From Thermoplasmatota archaeon (GTDB lineage: Archaea; Thermoplasmatota; E2; DHVEG-1): a stretch of DNA of 32,794 bases. The translations under genes were made by a program, and so were the position numbers. Below the pieces are notes generated by a model that was given only the letters and a program-made list of their open reading frames with translations, had not been told where the DNA came from and did no database searches. The stretch spans positions 1 to 32,794 of the forward strand of contig DATMXJ010000012.1 in assembly GCA_035561675.1 (NCBI GenBank). Reading direction: 5' to 3'. Positions 1-7,360 of this stretch are shown here, in pieces. Numbering within the stretch: the first letter of the stretch is position 1; each line of letters begins with the position of its first letter.

Positions 1-1
1 C

Positions 2-604
2 TGCACAGGAACGGAACATAAGAAGCTCGATGTCCCTGGTGAATCCGAGTTCATCGGAAAAGGAGTCTCTTATTGTGCGACCTGCGATGGTTTTTTCTTC
101 AAAGGAAAATGTGTTGTCGTGGTGGGTGGAGGCAACACCGCGTTGATGGAATCTATTTTTTTAAAAAAGCTCGGATGTAAGGAAGTCACTGTTGTACACC
201 GTCGTGGTCAATTTCGCGCGGAGAAGGTCTACGAGGAGGAAGCACGTGAGAAAGGGGTGCATTTTCTCTTCAATACCATCGTTGAGGAGATCCATGGAAA
301 GGAAAACGTCTCATCGGTAAGCCTTTTTAATTTAGAGACGAGTGCGCGATCAGAATTACTGGTGGAGGGCGTGTTTGCTTCTGTTGGGGTGTTACCTCAA
401 AACGAGATCGCAAAGGCATTGCAACTAAAGACGAACGATGACGGGTATGTCGTGGTCGATAGCGAACAACGTACAAGTGTTCGGGGTGTGTATGCCGCTG
501 GTGACATCACCGGTGGTCTGCGTCAGGTGGTCACCGCCTGTGCGAAAGGTGCGGTCGCTGCGTTGTCATCAACAGAGGTACTTGGGAAGAAATACCCTTA
601 CTGA
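2..604 (+). CDS. trxB: Thioredoxin-disulfide reductase, C-terminal ~200 aa (5' end lies outside the window)
   Basis: Frame 2 is open from base 2 and translates CTGTEHKKLDVPGESEFIGKGVSYCATCDGFFFKGK..., upstream of the ORF-track GTG at 119. It carries the redox-active CATC, VVVVGGGNTA, HRRGQFRA and YAAGD motifs typical of low-Mr TrxR. Confidence 0.9.
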   Translation, partial: CTGTEHKKLDVPGESEFIGKGVSYCATCDGFFFKGKCVVVVGGGNTALMESIFLKKLGCKEVTVVHRRGQFRAEKVYEEEAREKGVHFLFNTIVEEIHGKENVSSVSLFNLETSARSELLVEGVFASVGVLPQNEIAKALQLKTNDDGYVVVDSEQRTSVRGVYAAGDITGGLRQVVTACAKGAVAALSSTEVLGKKYPY

Positions 605-1044
605 AGCTTTGGTATCTGCTCGATTTTTTTCTTTTGTAGAAGCTTGATCAGGTCATCGCCGCTTTTTTTCACAGGATCACTGAGTGATCCTTGCATCGTT
701 TCTGGTTGAATTCCAATGAAAATAATACAGGGGACCTCATTTTCCAGGTATTTGATAAAAACGGAGAGTGGTATCCCATGTGTACTGAGGTGCATCGTCC
801 CGAGTTTTTCTCTTGGGATGATACGGATTTCACCAGGGGAAAGATTCATCTCTGCAGCATCGATGATGATGAGTGTTTTTGGTTTTTGTCGTTTGATGAC
901 CCCTGTGTAATTCTCTGGGATCGTCCCACAGTCAAGGACCATATCATGAGATGACTCTTGTTTCAATCGTTCAGCGATGTATGGCCCGATCCCATCATCG
1001 CCGCCCTCTTGATTGCCGATGCAGAGTATCAGAATGTCCTTCAT
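598..1044 (-). CDS. hycI: [NiFe]-hydrogenase maturation endopeptidase (HycI/HybD family)
   Basis: 148 aa. The N-terminus ILILCIGNQEGGDDGIGPYIAERL and the later HLSTHG are characteristic of hydrogenase C-terminal processing proteases. It lies next to hydrogenase genes. Confidence 0.85.
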   Translation of the reverse strand: MKDILILCIGNQEGGDDGIGPYIAERLKQESSHDMVLDCGTIPENYTGVIKRQKPKTLIIIDAAEMNLSPGEIRIIPREKLGTMHLSTHGIPLSVFIKYLENEVPCIIFIGIQPETMQGSLSDPVKKSGDDLIKLLQKKKIEQIPKLQ

Positions 1045-1062
1045 CGTCCCTTCAATTCAAAA

Positions 1063-1323
1063 TCATTTTGAATAAATAATCTTCTGATAGGTGAGGAGAA
1101 ACCACATGATGCCGGTCCCTGCGGTAGATATACTACTCAACAGCATGTCCAAGGTGAGAAACACATAGGCCATGACAGTCAGCAGGATTGCTGTGATAAG
1201 ATACATGGACAGCGACTGGCTTTTTGCCTCCTTATGGTGATAATTTCGAAAAATCGCGGGAATCGCGGTGATCATGAACCCGAAATTGATGATCGTTAGG
1301 ATAATATCCTGCCATTGCCACAT
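1063..1323 (-). CDS. Small 3-helix membrane protein, PQ-loop/SemiSWEET-like
   Basis: 86 aa with three hydrophobic helices. After helix 1 comes ITAIPAIFRNYHHKEAKSQSLSMY, which resembles the PQ-loop signature (PQ plus basic stretch plus S) but has PA instead of PQ. Confidence 0.45.
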   Translation of the reverse strand: MWQWQDIILTIINFGFMITAIPAIFRNYHHKEAKSQSLSMYLITAILLTVMAYVFLTLDMLLSSISTAGTGIMWFLLTYQKIIYSK

Positions 1324-1405
1324 ATGTCGCAGGGGATGGTAACAGAGAATATAAATAAATCTTTTCTATGGCGTATCATAAATAAACGATGTTCTTGGGG
1401 AAAGT

Positions 1406-2458
1406 ATGGCGAAGAAGATAACGCTTGCACAGGGTGCTGGTGGTGAACTGATGGACCAGCTTATTAAACAACACATCTTGCGTTTTTTTAACTTACAAGA
1501 CGCCGCGGAGGTTCCACTGACCGCTCTGGATGATGCCGCGGTTGTCGATGACATTGTGTTCTCCACGGATTCTCATACCGTGCAACCCCTGATTTTCCCT
1601 GGTGGTGATATCGGGTCACTTGCTGTCTGTGGGACCATTAATGATGTTTCTGTGGTTGGCGGGTCTCCTCTTGCGTTATCAGCAGGGTTCATCATCGAGG
1701 AGGGATTCTCCTTGGATACCTTTGAGACGATTGTCAAAAGCATGGGGCGTACGGCAAACAAGGCGCACGTCCCGATTGTCACGGGAGACACCAAGGTAGT
1801 CGAAAAAGGTGCGTTGCAGCAGTTCATGATCAACACCAGTGGCATTGGAAAACGAAGCCCTGCTCTGGAAAGAAATATAAAGGAAGTCAAAAGGTATAGA
1901 AAATTCAGGAGCCGCTGGTTACTTGACAGTAATCTTTCTGCGGGTGATACTCTGATTCTCTCCGGGAATGTCGGGGAACATGGTATCGCGTTGTTATCAT
2001 TCCGTGAGGGATACGGTTTTGAGACGACCATTCATTCAGATATCGCACCGTTAAACGGCTTGATGAGCGTTCTGCTTGCTGAAGGAGGCATTGTGTCTGC
2101 TAAGGATCCGACACGGGGTGGACTAGCAAACACGGTCAATGAGTTTTCAGAAAAATCACATGTCGGACTCCTTCTGTATGAAGACGCAATCCCCATACCA
2201 AAGGGTGTTCAATCCGCCTGTGATATGCTTGGTATCGATCCGTTGGAGATCGGCAATGAAGGGAAAGTTGTTCTTGGAGTGGTCAAGGAAAAAGCAGATG
2301 ATGTGCTTGCGATGTTGAAGAAACATCCGTTGGGAAAACATGCAGCTATCATCGGTGAAGCTACGGACAAGGTCTCCGGTGTCGTTCTGCAGACATCGGT
2401 TGGTGGTAAACGGATTTTACGTAAACCGCTTGGTGATCCTATCCCAAGGATTTGTTGA
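1406..2458 (+). CDS. hypE: Hydrogenase maturation protein HypE (carbamoyl dehydratase)
   Basis: 350 aa with a PurM-like fold signature: N-terminal ITLAQGAGG, DDAAV, GDTKVVEKG and the diagnostic C-terminal PRIC. Confidence 0.93.
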   Translation: MAKKITLAQGAGGELMDQLIKQHILRFFNLQDAAEVPLTALDDAAVVDDIVFSTDSHTVQPLIFPGGDIGSLAVCGTINDVSVVGGSPLALSAGFIIEEGFSLDTFETIVKSMGRTANKAHVPIVTGDTKVVEKGALQQFMINTSGIGKRSPALERNIKEVKRYRKFRSRWLLDSNLSAGDTLILSGNVGEHGIALLSFREGYGFETTIHSDIAPLNGLMSVLLAEGGIVSAKDPTRGGLANTVNEFSEKSHVGLLLYEDAIPIPKGVQSACDMLGIDPLEIGNEGKVVLGVVKEKADDVLAMLKKHPLGKHAAIIGEATDKVSGVVLQTSVGGKRILRKPLGDPIPRIC

Positions 2459-2512
2459 GTTTGGGGAGAACTTTTTAATAGTCTCATAGTTTACCTCAGT
2501 AGCAGACAACAG

Positions 2513-2968
2513 ATGAGGGGTGAATACGGTATCGCAAAAGGACTAGTAAAATCCTTTAAGAAAGCGTTATGGGTCTATCACATTAACTCAGGGTCCTGCA
2601 ATGGATGTGATATTGAGATCATTGCATCGCTCTGCCCCCGGTATGATATTGAACGGTTCGGTATCAAACTTGTCGGGTCTCCTCGTCACGCGGATGTGCT
2701 GCTCATCACCGGGCCGGTTTCACGGCAGATGGTTGACAAGGTGAAACGCACCTATGAGCAGATGCCTGATCCGAAAGCTGTGATCTGTGTCGGCAACTGC
2801 GGCAACACTGGGGATGTGTTCTATGAATCATATAATCTTGTCGGGCCTGTTGATAAAATCCTTCCTGTTGATGTGTACGTGATCGGATGTCCTCCTCGGC
2901 CGGAAAACATTATCCATGGGATAACAAAAGTATGGAAAAAGCTTGAGACCTTGGAGACAACCGCATGA
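2513..2968 (+). CDS. Group-4 [NiFe]-hydrogenase small subunit (NuoB/EchC/MbhJ-like)
   Basis: 151 aa. GSCNGCDIEI, GSPRHADVLLITGPV, CVGNCG and GCPPRPE give the four Cys of the single proximal [4Fe-4S] cluster of NuoB-type small subunits. Confidence 0.9.
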   Translation: MRGEYGIAKGLVKSFKKALWVYHINSGSCNGCDIEIIASLCPRYDIERFGIKLVGSPRHADVLLITGPVSRQMVDKVKRTYEQMPDPKAVICVGNCGNTGDVFYESYNLVGPVDKILPVDVYVIGCPPRPENIIHGITKVWKKLETLETTA

Positions 2969-3489
2969 TAAAGCCTGAAGATATCCTTGGTTCCTTCCAG
3001 ACGAATTTCCCAAATAGCATCACCGAACCTCGTATCGAACGTCGGACCGGTGGCACCCTGAAGACTGAAATCGTTCATCTGTGGTTTCATATCGAAGCCA
3101 GATTTCTCAAAGACGCGGTGAAGCATCTTTTCACGTTTGAACAGTACCCTCATTTTGCGGTATCTTCTGGCTATGACCTGGGGGATACCATTGAGCTTGT
3201 GTACCATTTCTCGTTGTTTCATGGTGAGCGGGGACGGGAGATTTCATTGAATATCACGGTTTCCCTGCCAAAGGAAAATCCTGTGATTGACACCATTACC
3301 GATCTTATCCCTGGGGCGTTGATCTCCGAGCAAGAAAAACAAGAGATGCTTGGGGTAAAAATACATGGGATCCCCAAGGACGTCCGGGTGTTTGTCGCAG
3401 ATGATTTCCCAAAGGATGTCTATCCCTGGCGTCGTGATGAAACCGGTCCAGCGAAACTCGTGCGGAATCTTCATGAGGGTGAATCATGA
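2965..3489 (+). CDS. Hydrogenase subunit, NuoC/30-kDa-subunit-like (EchD/MbhK position)
   Basis: 174 aa. ATGA overlaps with both neighbours indicate translational coupling. Its size and its position between the small and large subunits match NuoC-like subunits of group-4 enzymes. The sequence-level call is weaker than the context. Confidence 0.7.
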   Translation: MIKPEDILGSFQTNFPNSITEPRIERRTGGTLKTEIVHLWFHIEARFLKDAVKHLFTFEQYPHFAVSSGYDLGDTIELVYHFSLFHGERGREISLNITVSLPKENPVIDTITDLIPGALISEQEKQEMLGVKIHGIPKDVRVFVADDFPKDVYPWRRDETGPAKLVRNLHEGES

Positions 3490-4712
3490 CGACTACCTCA
3501 AAGACCACGTATCAGATTCCGATTGGTCCGATTCACCCTGCGTTGAAGGAGCCTGTGAACTTTACATTTGAAATCGATGGTGAGAAAATCATCAACGTCG
3601 ATGTACATCTTGGACATGTGCATCGGAGCATTGAATGGGCTGGGACGAAACGAAATTTCATTCAGATATTGTATCTTGCGGAGCGTATCTGTGGGATCTG
3701 CTCCTATTGTCATCCGATGTCTCTTGCTTTGGCTGTGGAACGTGCAGCGCACATACAAGTCCCAGATAGGGCAGAGTATCTTCGCGTGGTCCATGCAGAG
3801 TTGGAACGGATCGGCTCTCATATCCTCTGGGCGGGAGTCGCTGCCCATGAGATCGGGTTTGACTCCGTGTTGTTTTTAACGTGGCAAGTCCGGGAGACGG
3901 TCTTAGATCTTACCGAGTATCTGACTGGGAATCGGATCACGAAAGGGATCACGATGATTGGTGGGGTGCGACGCGATATCACTACTGAAATGGTCCCACG
4001 TATCCATGGGACGCTGCAGGATCTGAAGAAGCAGATGGAGAAGCTCCATCATGTGATGCTGGATGATTCCACGATTCAAATGCGTTGTCGGAACTGCGGG
4101 GTGTTGACCAAAGAAGACGCATTGAAGCTGTGCGCGGTCGGACCGACCGCTCGTGCATCTGGCGTGCGAAAGGATGTGCGTCTGGATCAGCCATATTTCG
4201 CGTTCGGTGACCTTGATTTTGAGTACACCACCCCCGATGTGCTTACCAACGAGGTCCATGGGGATGTATATGATCGTATCATCGTCCGGTTACTCGAGGT
4301 CAAACAATCCATTGATCTTATCGAGCAATGTCTTGACCGCATGCCTGCTGGAGACATTGTCGCTGAACCAGAGATCCCTGCTCTTCTGGCAGCGTTGAAG
4401 AAAGTGACTGGTGAGGGGATCGGACGGATGGAGGCTCCCCGTGGTGAGGTCTTTCATTATGTTCGACTCGCTGGATCAGAATCCCCGTATTCCTGGAAGG
4501 TTCGGGCACCCACGTACAATAATATCCTGCCTTGGATTCCTATGTTGCTGGGTCAGCAGATCGCAGACATCCCGATTATCGCAGCATCCATTGACCCCTG
4601 TATGTCCTGTACGAATCGAGTGACCATTGTTCATCACAACCAGCCAACGATGGTTGATCGTGAAAAACTCCATCAGTTAAGCATCGAGAAAACAAGGAGG
4701 CTGTGTCTATAA
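3486..4712 (+). CDS. Group-4 [NiFe]-hydrogenase large (catalytic) subunit (NuoD/EchE/MbhL-like)
   Basis: 408 aa. It has N-terminal IGPIHPALKEP, the L1 Ni-Fe ligand motif RICGICSYCH and the L2 motif DPCMSCTNR, followed by a 30-aa C-terminal extension (a putative HycI substrate). Confidence 0.92.
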   Translation: MTTTSKTTYQIPIGPIHPALKEPVNFTFEIDGEKIINVDVHLGHVHRSIEWAGTKRNFIQILYLAERICGICSYCHPMSLALAVERAAHIQVPDRAEYLRVVHAELERIGSHILWAGVAAHEIGFDSVLFLTWQVRETVLDLTEYLTGNRITKGITMIGGVRRDITTEMVPRIHGTLQDLKKQMEKLHHVMLDDSTIQMRCRNCGVLTKEDALKLCAVGPTARASGVRKDVRLDQPYFAFGDLDFEYTTPDVLTNEVHGDVYDRIIVRLLEVKQSIDLIEQCLDRMPAGDIVAEPEIPALLAALKKVTGEGIGRMEAPRGEVFHYVRLAGSESPYSWKVRAPTYNNILPWIPMLLGQQIADIPIIAASIDPCMSCTNRVTIVHHNQPTMVDREKLHQLSIEKTRRLCL

Positions 4713-5110
4713 GATACACGATGATTCCTCAGCTGCTTAGCCAGCTGTTCAAGAAGCCATTCACGAATAGGCATCCGAAGAAATATATCCCTTCATCTTC
4801 AACGACTTTTTTCACAGATGTTCAAAACGGAAAAGAAACGATGAACCCCCCTGTTGAAACCCCGGAGGGGTTCCGCGGGAAGATCGTCTATGAGAAGGAG
4901 AAATGTATCGGTTGTAAACTGTGTCTGAAGGTCTGCCCCTCTGAGGCTATTATTTTTAAGGACGAGGAGAAAAAGATCAAGATTTATCTTGCTCGCTGTA
5001 CCTTTTGTGCGCAATGTAATGATATCTGCCCAGTGAATTGTCTTCATATGAGCAACGAGTTTCTCCTAGCAGATACAGAAAAGTATTCGCCGTCCCTCAT
5101 CGTTGAATAA
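4703..5110 (+). CDS. 2x[4Fe-4S] ferredoxin-type hydrogenase subunit (NuoI/EchF/MbhN-like)
   Basis: 135 aa from the GTG at 4703; an alternative ATG lies at 4721. Two cluster motifs are present: CIGCKLCLKVCP and CTFCAQCNDICP. Confidence 0.85.
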   Translation: MSIRYTMIPQLLSQLFKKPFTNRHPKKYIPSSSTTFFTDVQNGKETMNPPVETPEGFRGKIVYEKEKCIGCKLCLKVCPSEAIIFKDEEKKIKIYLARCTFCAQCNDICPVNCLHMSNEFLLADTEKYSPSLIVE

Positions 5111-5153
5111 ACGAGAAATAGCTTTTAATAGGGTGTTGGTTGTCGGTATCTGT

Positions 5154-5384
5154 ATGGGGAAAAATCGGGATATCGCGAAGGTCCTTCTGTTGATTTTGAT
5201 TGGGATGTTCGTCCCGTTCCTTGGATCGATTACCCTTTCCTATGGGTTTGTGCCAAGAACAATTATTGTCACGTTTCTGTATTTCCTTGTCATTTTCGGA
5301 CTTGAGCTTGGGTTCGTGTACCTGTATTTTACTTTTAGCGGACGACGAGCGAACAAGAAAATGGAAGAGTACAAACCAAAATAA
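5154..5384 (+). CDS. Small hydrophobic membrane protein (76 aa, about 2 TM), function unknown
   Basis: The ORF-track TTG start at 5103 is trimmed to the ATG at 5154. The sequence MGKNRDIAKVLLLILIGMFVPFLG...IIVTFLYFLVIFGLELGFVYLYF has two clear hydrophobic spans and a basic tail. It is co-directional with, and directly behind, the hydrogenase genes. Confidence 0.5.
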   Translation: MGKNRDIAKVLLLILIGMFVPFLGSITLSYGFVPRTIIVTFLYFLVIFGLELGFVYLYFTFSGRRANKKMEEYKPK

Positions 5385-5490
5385 ATGGTACGGGTTTCTT
5401 GCTATACTTCTCCTTTTATTCGGGTTGTTTCTCAAAGGTAAAGGATAAATAGGAAAACTAGCATCAGGGGTGCAACGAGGTAAAACCATT

Positions 5491-5658
5491 ATGGTAGTAA
5501 AAGTTGATAAAGCAACGTGTACCGGCTGCGCAGCCTGCGCATCAGCATGCCCTGTTGAGGCGATCAAAGTCACTGAGAAAGCAGAGGTCAACGAGGACAC
5601 CTGCATCGATTGTGGCACCTGCGTCGATGAATGCCCAGTGCAGGCACTCAGTCTCTAA
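5491..5658 (+). CDS. Small 2x[4Fe-4S] ferredoxin (55 aa)
   Basis: CTGCAACASACP and CIDCGTCVDECP motifs. The ATG at 5491 sits 10 nt after GAGG and is preferred over the ORF-track GTG at 5470. Confidence 0.85.
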   Translation: MVVKVDKATCTGCAACASACPVEAIKVTEKAEVNEDTCIDCGTCVDECPVQALSL

Positions 5659-5673
5659 AATAATAAAGTTCGT

Positions 5674-6366
5674 TTATTTTTTCTTCTTTTTCCTTTCTAG
5701 TTTTTCTCGTACCTTTGGACTCGAAAGCTCTCTGATCGCATCTGCTGCAATCCAGCGTGCTGACTTTGAGTTTATGTTCTTGATTTCCTCTGCGGTCTTG
5801 AGTGCTTTTTTGTTCAGTGAAAGGTTTCTTTTCCCGATGTTGCGTAACGCCCAGTTCACCGCTTTTTTTACATAGTTCCTCTCATCCGTCGAATATGTGA
5901 TACAAAGGGGGAGAAAGTCTTCGAAATCATGGTCTGTCGCTGTCTTGTCATGGACCGTTAATCCTGCAATGAGGGAGAATGCGCCGCGTCTGACAAACTC
6001 TTTTTCTTTGTCCGCCCATTGGAACACTTTGTCGTATGCAAGTGGGCAACGATCAAAGAGGTTTGTGCATGCTTGGTCGCAGATGTCCCATGAGTCAAAA
6101 TCTTCTGCCCATGCATCCATCTGTTCTGAGGTGACCTGCTGTGGATCATCGATAAAGCAGGCGAGCAGTCGTGCGTCATGGATTTTGGAATCCCAGAGTT
6201 TGAGGGCAAGAGCATGGTTTATACCGATTTGCTTTGCAAGGGGCCGCAGGATGTAAATCGATATCCCAAGGTTGTTATGCTGGTTGATTCCGTAGCGTGT
6301 CATTCCTTTAACGTTTTCTGGATTTGCTAGGGAACGGAGTTTTGACATGATTTCGTCGTAGTCCAT
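5674..6366 (-). CDS. DNA alkylation repair protein (AlkD-like HEAT-repeat glycosylase family)
   Basis: 230 aa. The N-terminus LRSLANPENVKGMTRYGI...LGISIYILRPLAKQIG and the later W.D..DSWDICDQ and RNYVKKAVNWALRNIGKRN are typical of the DNA_alkylation family. Confidence 0.8.
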   Translation of the reverse strand: MDYDEIMSKLRSLANPENVKGMTRYGINQHNNLGISIYILRPLAKQIGINHALALKLWDSKIHDARLLACFIDDPQQVTSEQMDAWAEDFDSWDICDQACTNLFDRCPLAYDKVFQWADKEKEFVRRGAFSLIAGLTVHDKTATDHDFEDFLPLCITYSTDERNYVKKAVNWALRNIGKRNLSLNKKALKTAEEIKNINSKSARWIAADAIRELSSPKVREKLERKKKKK

Positions 6367-6395
6367 CGTGGTTCACGTGAATGCGTTATGTCTTT

Positions 6396-7019
6396 TTATT
6401 TCAATATTTTTCCGGTCTCAAGGAACCAGAGGTATAAGTCAAGTTCTGCGAGTGTCAATTTGGTGTTTCTGGCGATTTTTTGAAGATGGCCTTCGATTTT
6501 GAGATAGTTCTTTTTCGTCAGTTTTTTCGGTTGTTTGATGATGCGATATCGTGCGAGGATGTCAAGGATGTGGGTATCGATGATTGCGTAGTCATCGTAT
6601 CCGATGTTGCGCAGAAAATGGCTTGCTTCTTTATACCCGAGTCCTTTGATGTTGTCGACTAGCCATCTACGTCGTTGTTCATGTGGTAAGGTTTGAATCA
6701 TTGTGGGAAGAATATCTTTCTTTTTGGCTGATTCGACGATAAAGGCTGCTCTGGTGTTTGGGAATCGATATCCGTGCTGTCTGAGTTTTTTTGCTAGGGT
6801 TTCTTTGGTATCAGTGCAGAAACATTCAGAGAGTTGTGAGTGGATGTGGATGGTTCGCTCTGCGTTACAGTTGGCTGTCAGGATGCAGAAGGTGAGTTCT
6901 TGGAAGAGTTCCTCGGCGGAATGCGTATCAATGGTTTTGAACTCCTGAATTCGTCGGTGTATTTTTCTTTGTGTGTTGCTGTGTTTGAGGTCGTTGATGA
7001 CCGAAAGCAGATCGTTCAT
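6396..7019 (-). CDS. ogg: N-glycosylase/DNA lyase, archaeal Ogg2-type 8-oxoguanine glycosylase
   Basis: 207 aa. An HhH-GPD-like core, GLGYKEASHFLRNIGYDDYAIIDTHIL, supplies the catalytic Lys and Asp positions. Size and N-terminal layout match the M. jannaschii-type Ogg. Confidence 0.8.
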   Translation of the reverse strand: MNDLLSVINDLKHSNTQRKIHRRIQEFKTIDTHSAEELFQELTFCILTANCNAERTIHIHSQLSECFCTDTKETLAKKLRQHGYRFPNTRAAFIVESAKKKDILPTMIQTLPHEQRRRWLVDNIKGLGYKEASHFLRNIGYDDYAIIDTHILDILARYRIIKQPKKLTKKNYLKIEGHLQKIARNTKLTLAELDLYLWFLETGKILK

Positions 7020-7211
7020 GGTTTCTCCGTTTTAGAATGGGTGGGTGGAAAAAAAAGGTGGAGGGTGTAAAACAAACGAGGATTCTTAATTGGTGAGGAG
7101 AGGAGGAAAGGATGGGATGCAAAAAATATTTTTTCCCCGTTTGTTTTTACATCTCCACGTATGTTAACGTGAGGTGTTTGGTACCCTCTTAATTTATCTC
7201 CAATATACCCC

Positions 7212-7229
7212 TATTAACAATTGTTAATA
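7212..7229. promoter_or_regulatory. 18-bp perfect palindrome TATTAACAATTGTTAATA (candidate operator)
   Basis: Read directly from the sequence; it is its own reverse complement over 18 bp. It sits in the 341-nt divergent intergenic region between ogg and the HTH regulator gene. Confidence 0.5.
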
Positions 7230-7328
7230 CACCTACTGTATTTAAAACTATCGCATCCATGTCGACGAAAAGACAATCCATTACCCCCTTCTATTTTTAC
7301 CAATCTTTAAAAAAAATAAAAACATTAA

Positions 7329-7353
7329 TTATAAGTATAAATTAACAATTGTA
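7329..7353 (+). promoter_or_regulatory. TATA-like box (TTATAAGTATAAATT) overlapping a half-site copy (ATTAACAATTGT) of the upstream palindrome
   Basis: The AT-rich TATA-like element is centred about 25 nt upstream of the ATG at 7361, which suggests a leaderless or very short-leader mRNA. Bases 7341-7352 repeat 12 nt of the palindrome at 7213-7224. Confidence 0.45.
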
Positions 7354-7360
7354 CCCTTTG

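Noticed and set aside
1850-1960. Basic stretch in HypE (KRSPALERNIKEVKRYRKFRSRWLLDSN) that looked like an insertion relative to my memory of bacterial HypE
   Set aside because: I cannot align it without reference sequences. Loop length in this region varies among HypE proteins, and the frame is continuous with intact N- and C-terminal motifs.
1573-2031. 152-aa minus-strand ORF antisense to hypE. Similar long antisense ORFs occur at 2821-3222, 3498-3848, 3903-4259, 5097-5618, 15535-16017, 15736-16101, 17573-18163, 23079-23543, 26001-26408, 29321-29710, 29989-30390, 30824-31165 and 31169-31522.
   Set aside because: Each lies wholly inside a gene with strong family motifs on the other strand. 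They have low-complexity or Ser/Arg/Cys-rich translations and no RBS, so they are shadow ORFs.
3486-4712. Possibility that the large subunit is a non-catalytic NuoD/Ehr-like protein or contains selenocysteine
   Set aside because: Both CxxC ligand pairs are present as Cys codons, and the frame has no in-frame TGA, so it reads as a standard Cys-ligated [NiFe] large subunit.
5103-5153. ORF-track N-terminal extensions from non-ATG or upstream starts (5103, 5470, 7349, 8743, 10935, 13052, 20036)
   Set aside because: In each case a downstream ATG has a better-placed GGAG-type RBS, removes an overlap, or matches the family's usual N-terminus. The extensions add non-conserved-looking residues. These start choices remain predictions.
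7039-7117. Purine- and G-rich tracts (GGGTGGGTGG, GGTGGAGGGTG, GGTGAGGAGAGGAGGAAAGGATGGG) upstream of ogg as a potential G-quadruplex or 8-oxoG sensor
   Set aside because: The G-runs are mostly only 2-3 long with irregular spacing. The idea is attractive next to an 8-oxoguanine glycosylase gene, but nothing in the sequence supports it beyond composition.
7110-7121. 12-mer GGATGGGATGCA shared with the minus strand at 22309-22298; both copies follow an SD-like purine run and both open MGC... mini-ORFs
   Set aside because: My rough estimate is that many chance 12-mer matches are expected between all position pairs of a 32.8-kb window on two strands. Similarity does not extend beyond purine richness. 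It is kept only as a remark under the two intergenic findings.
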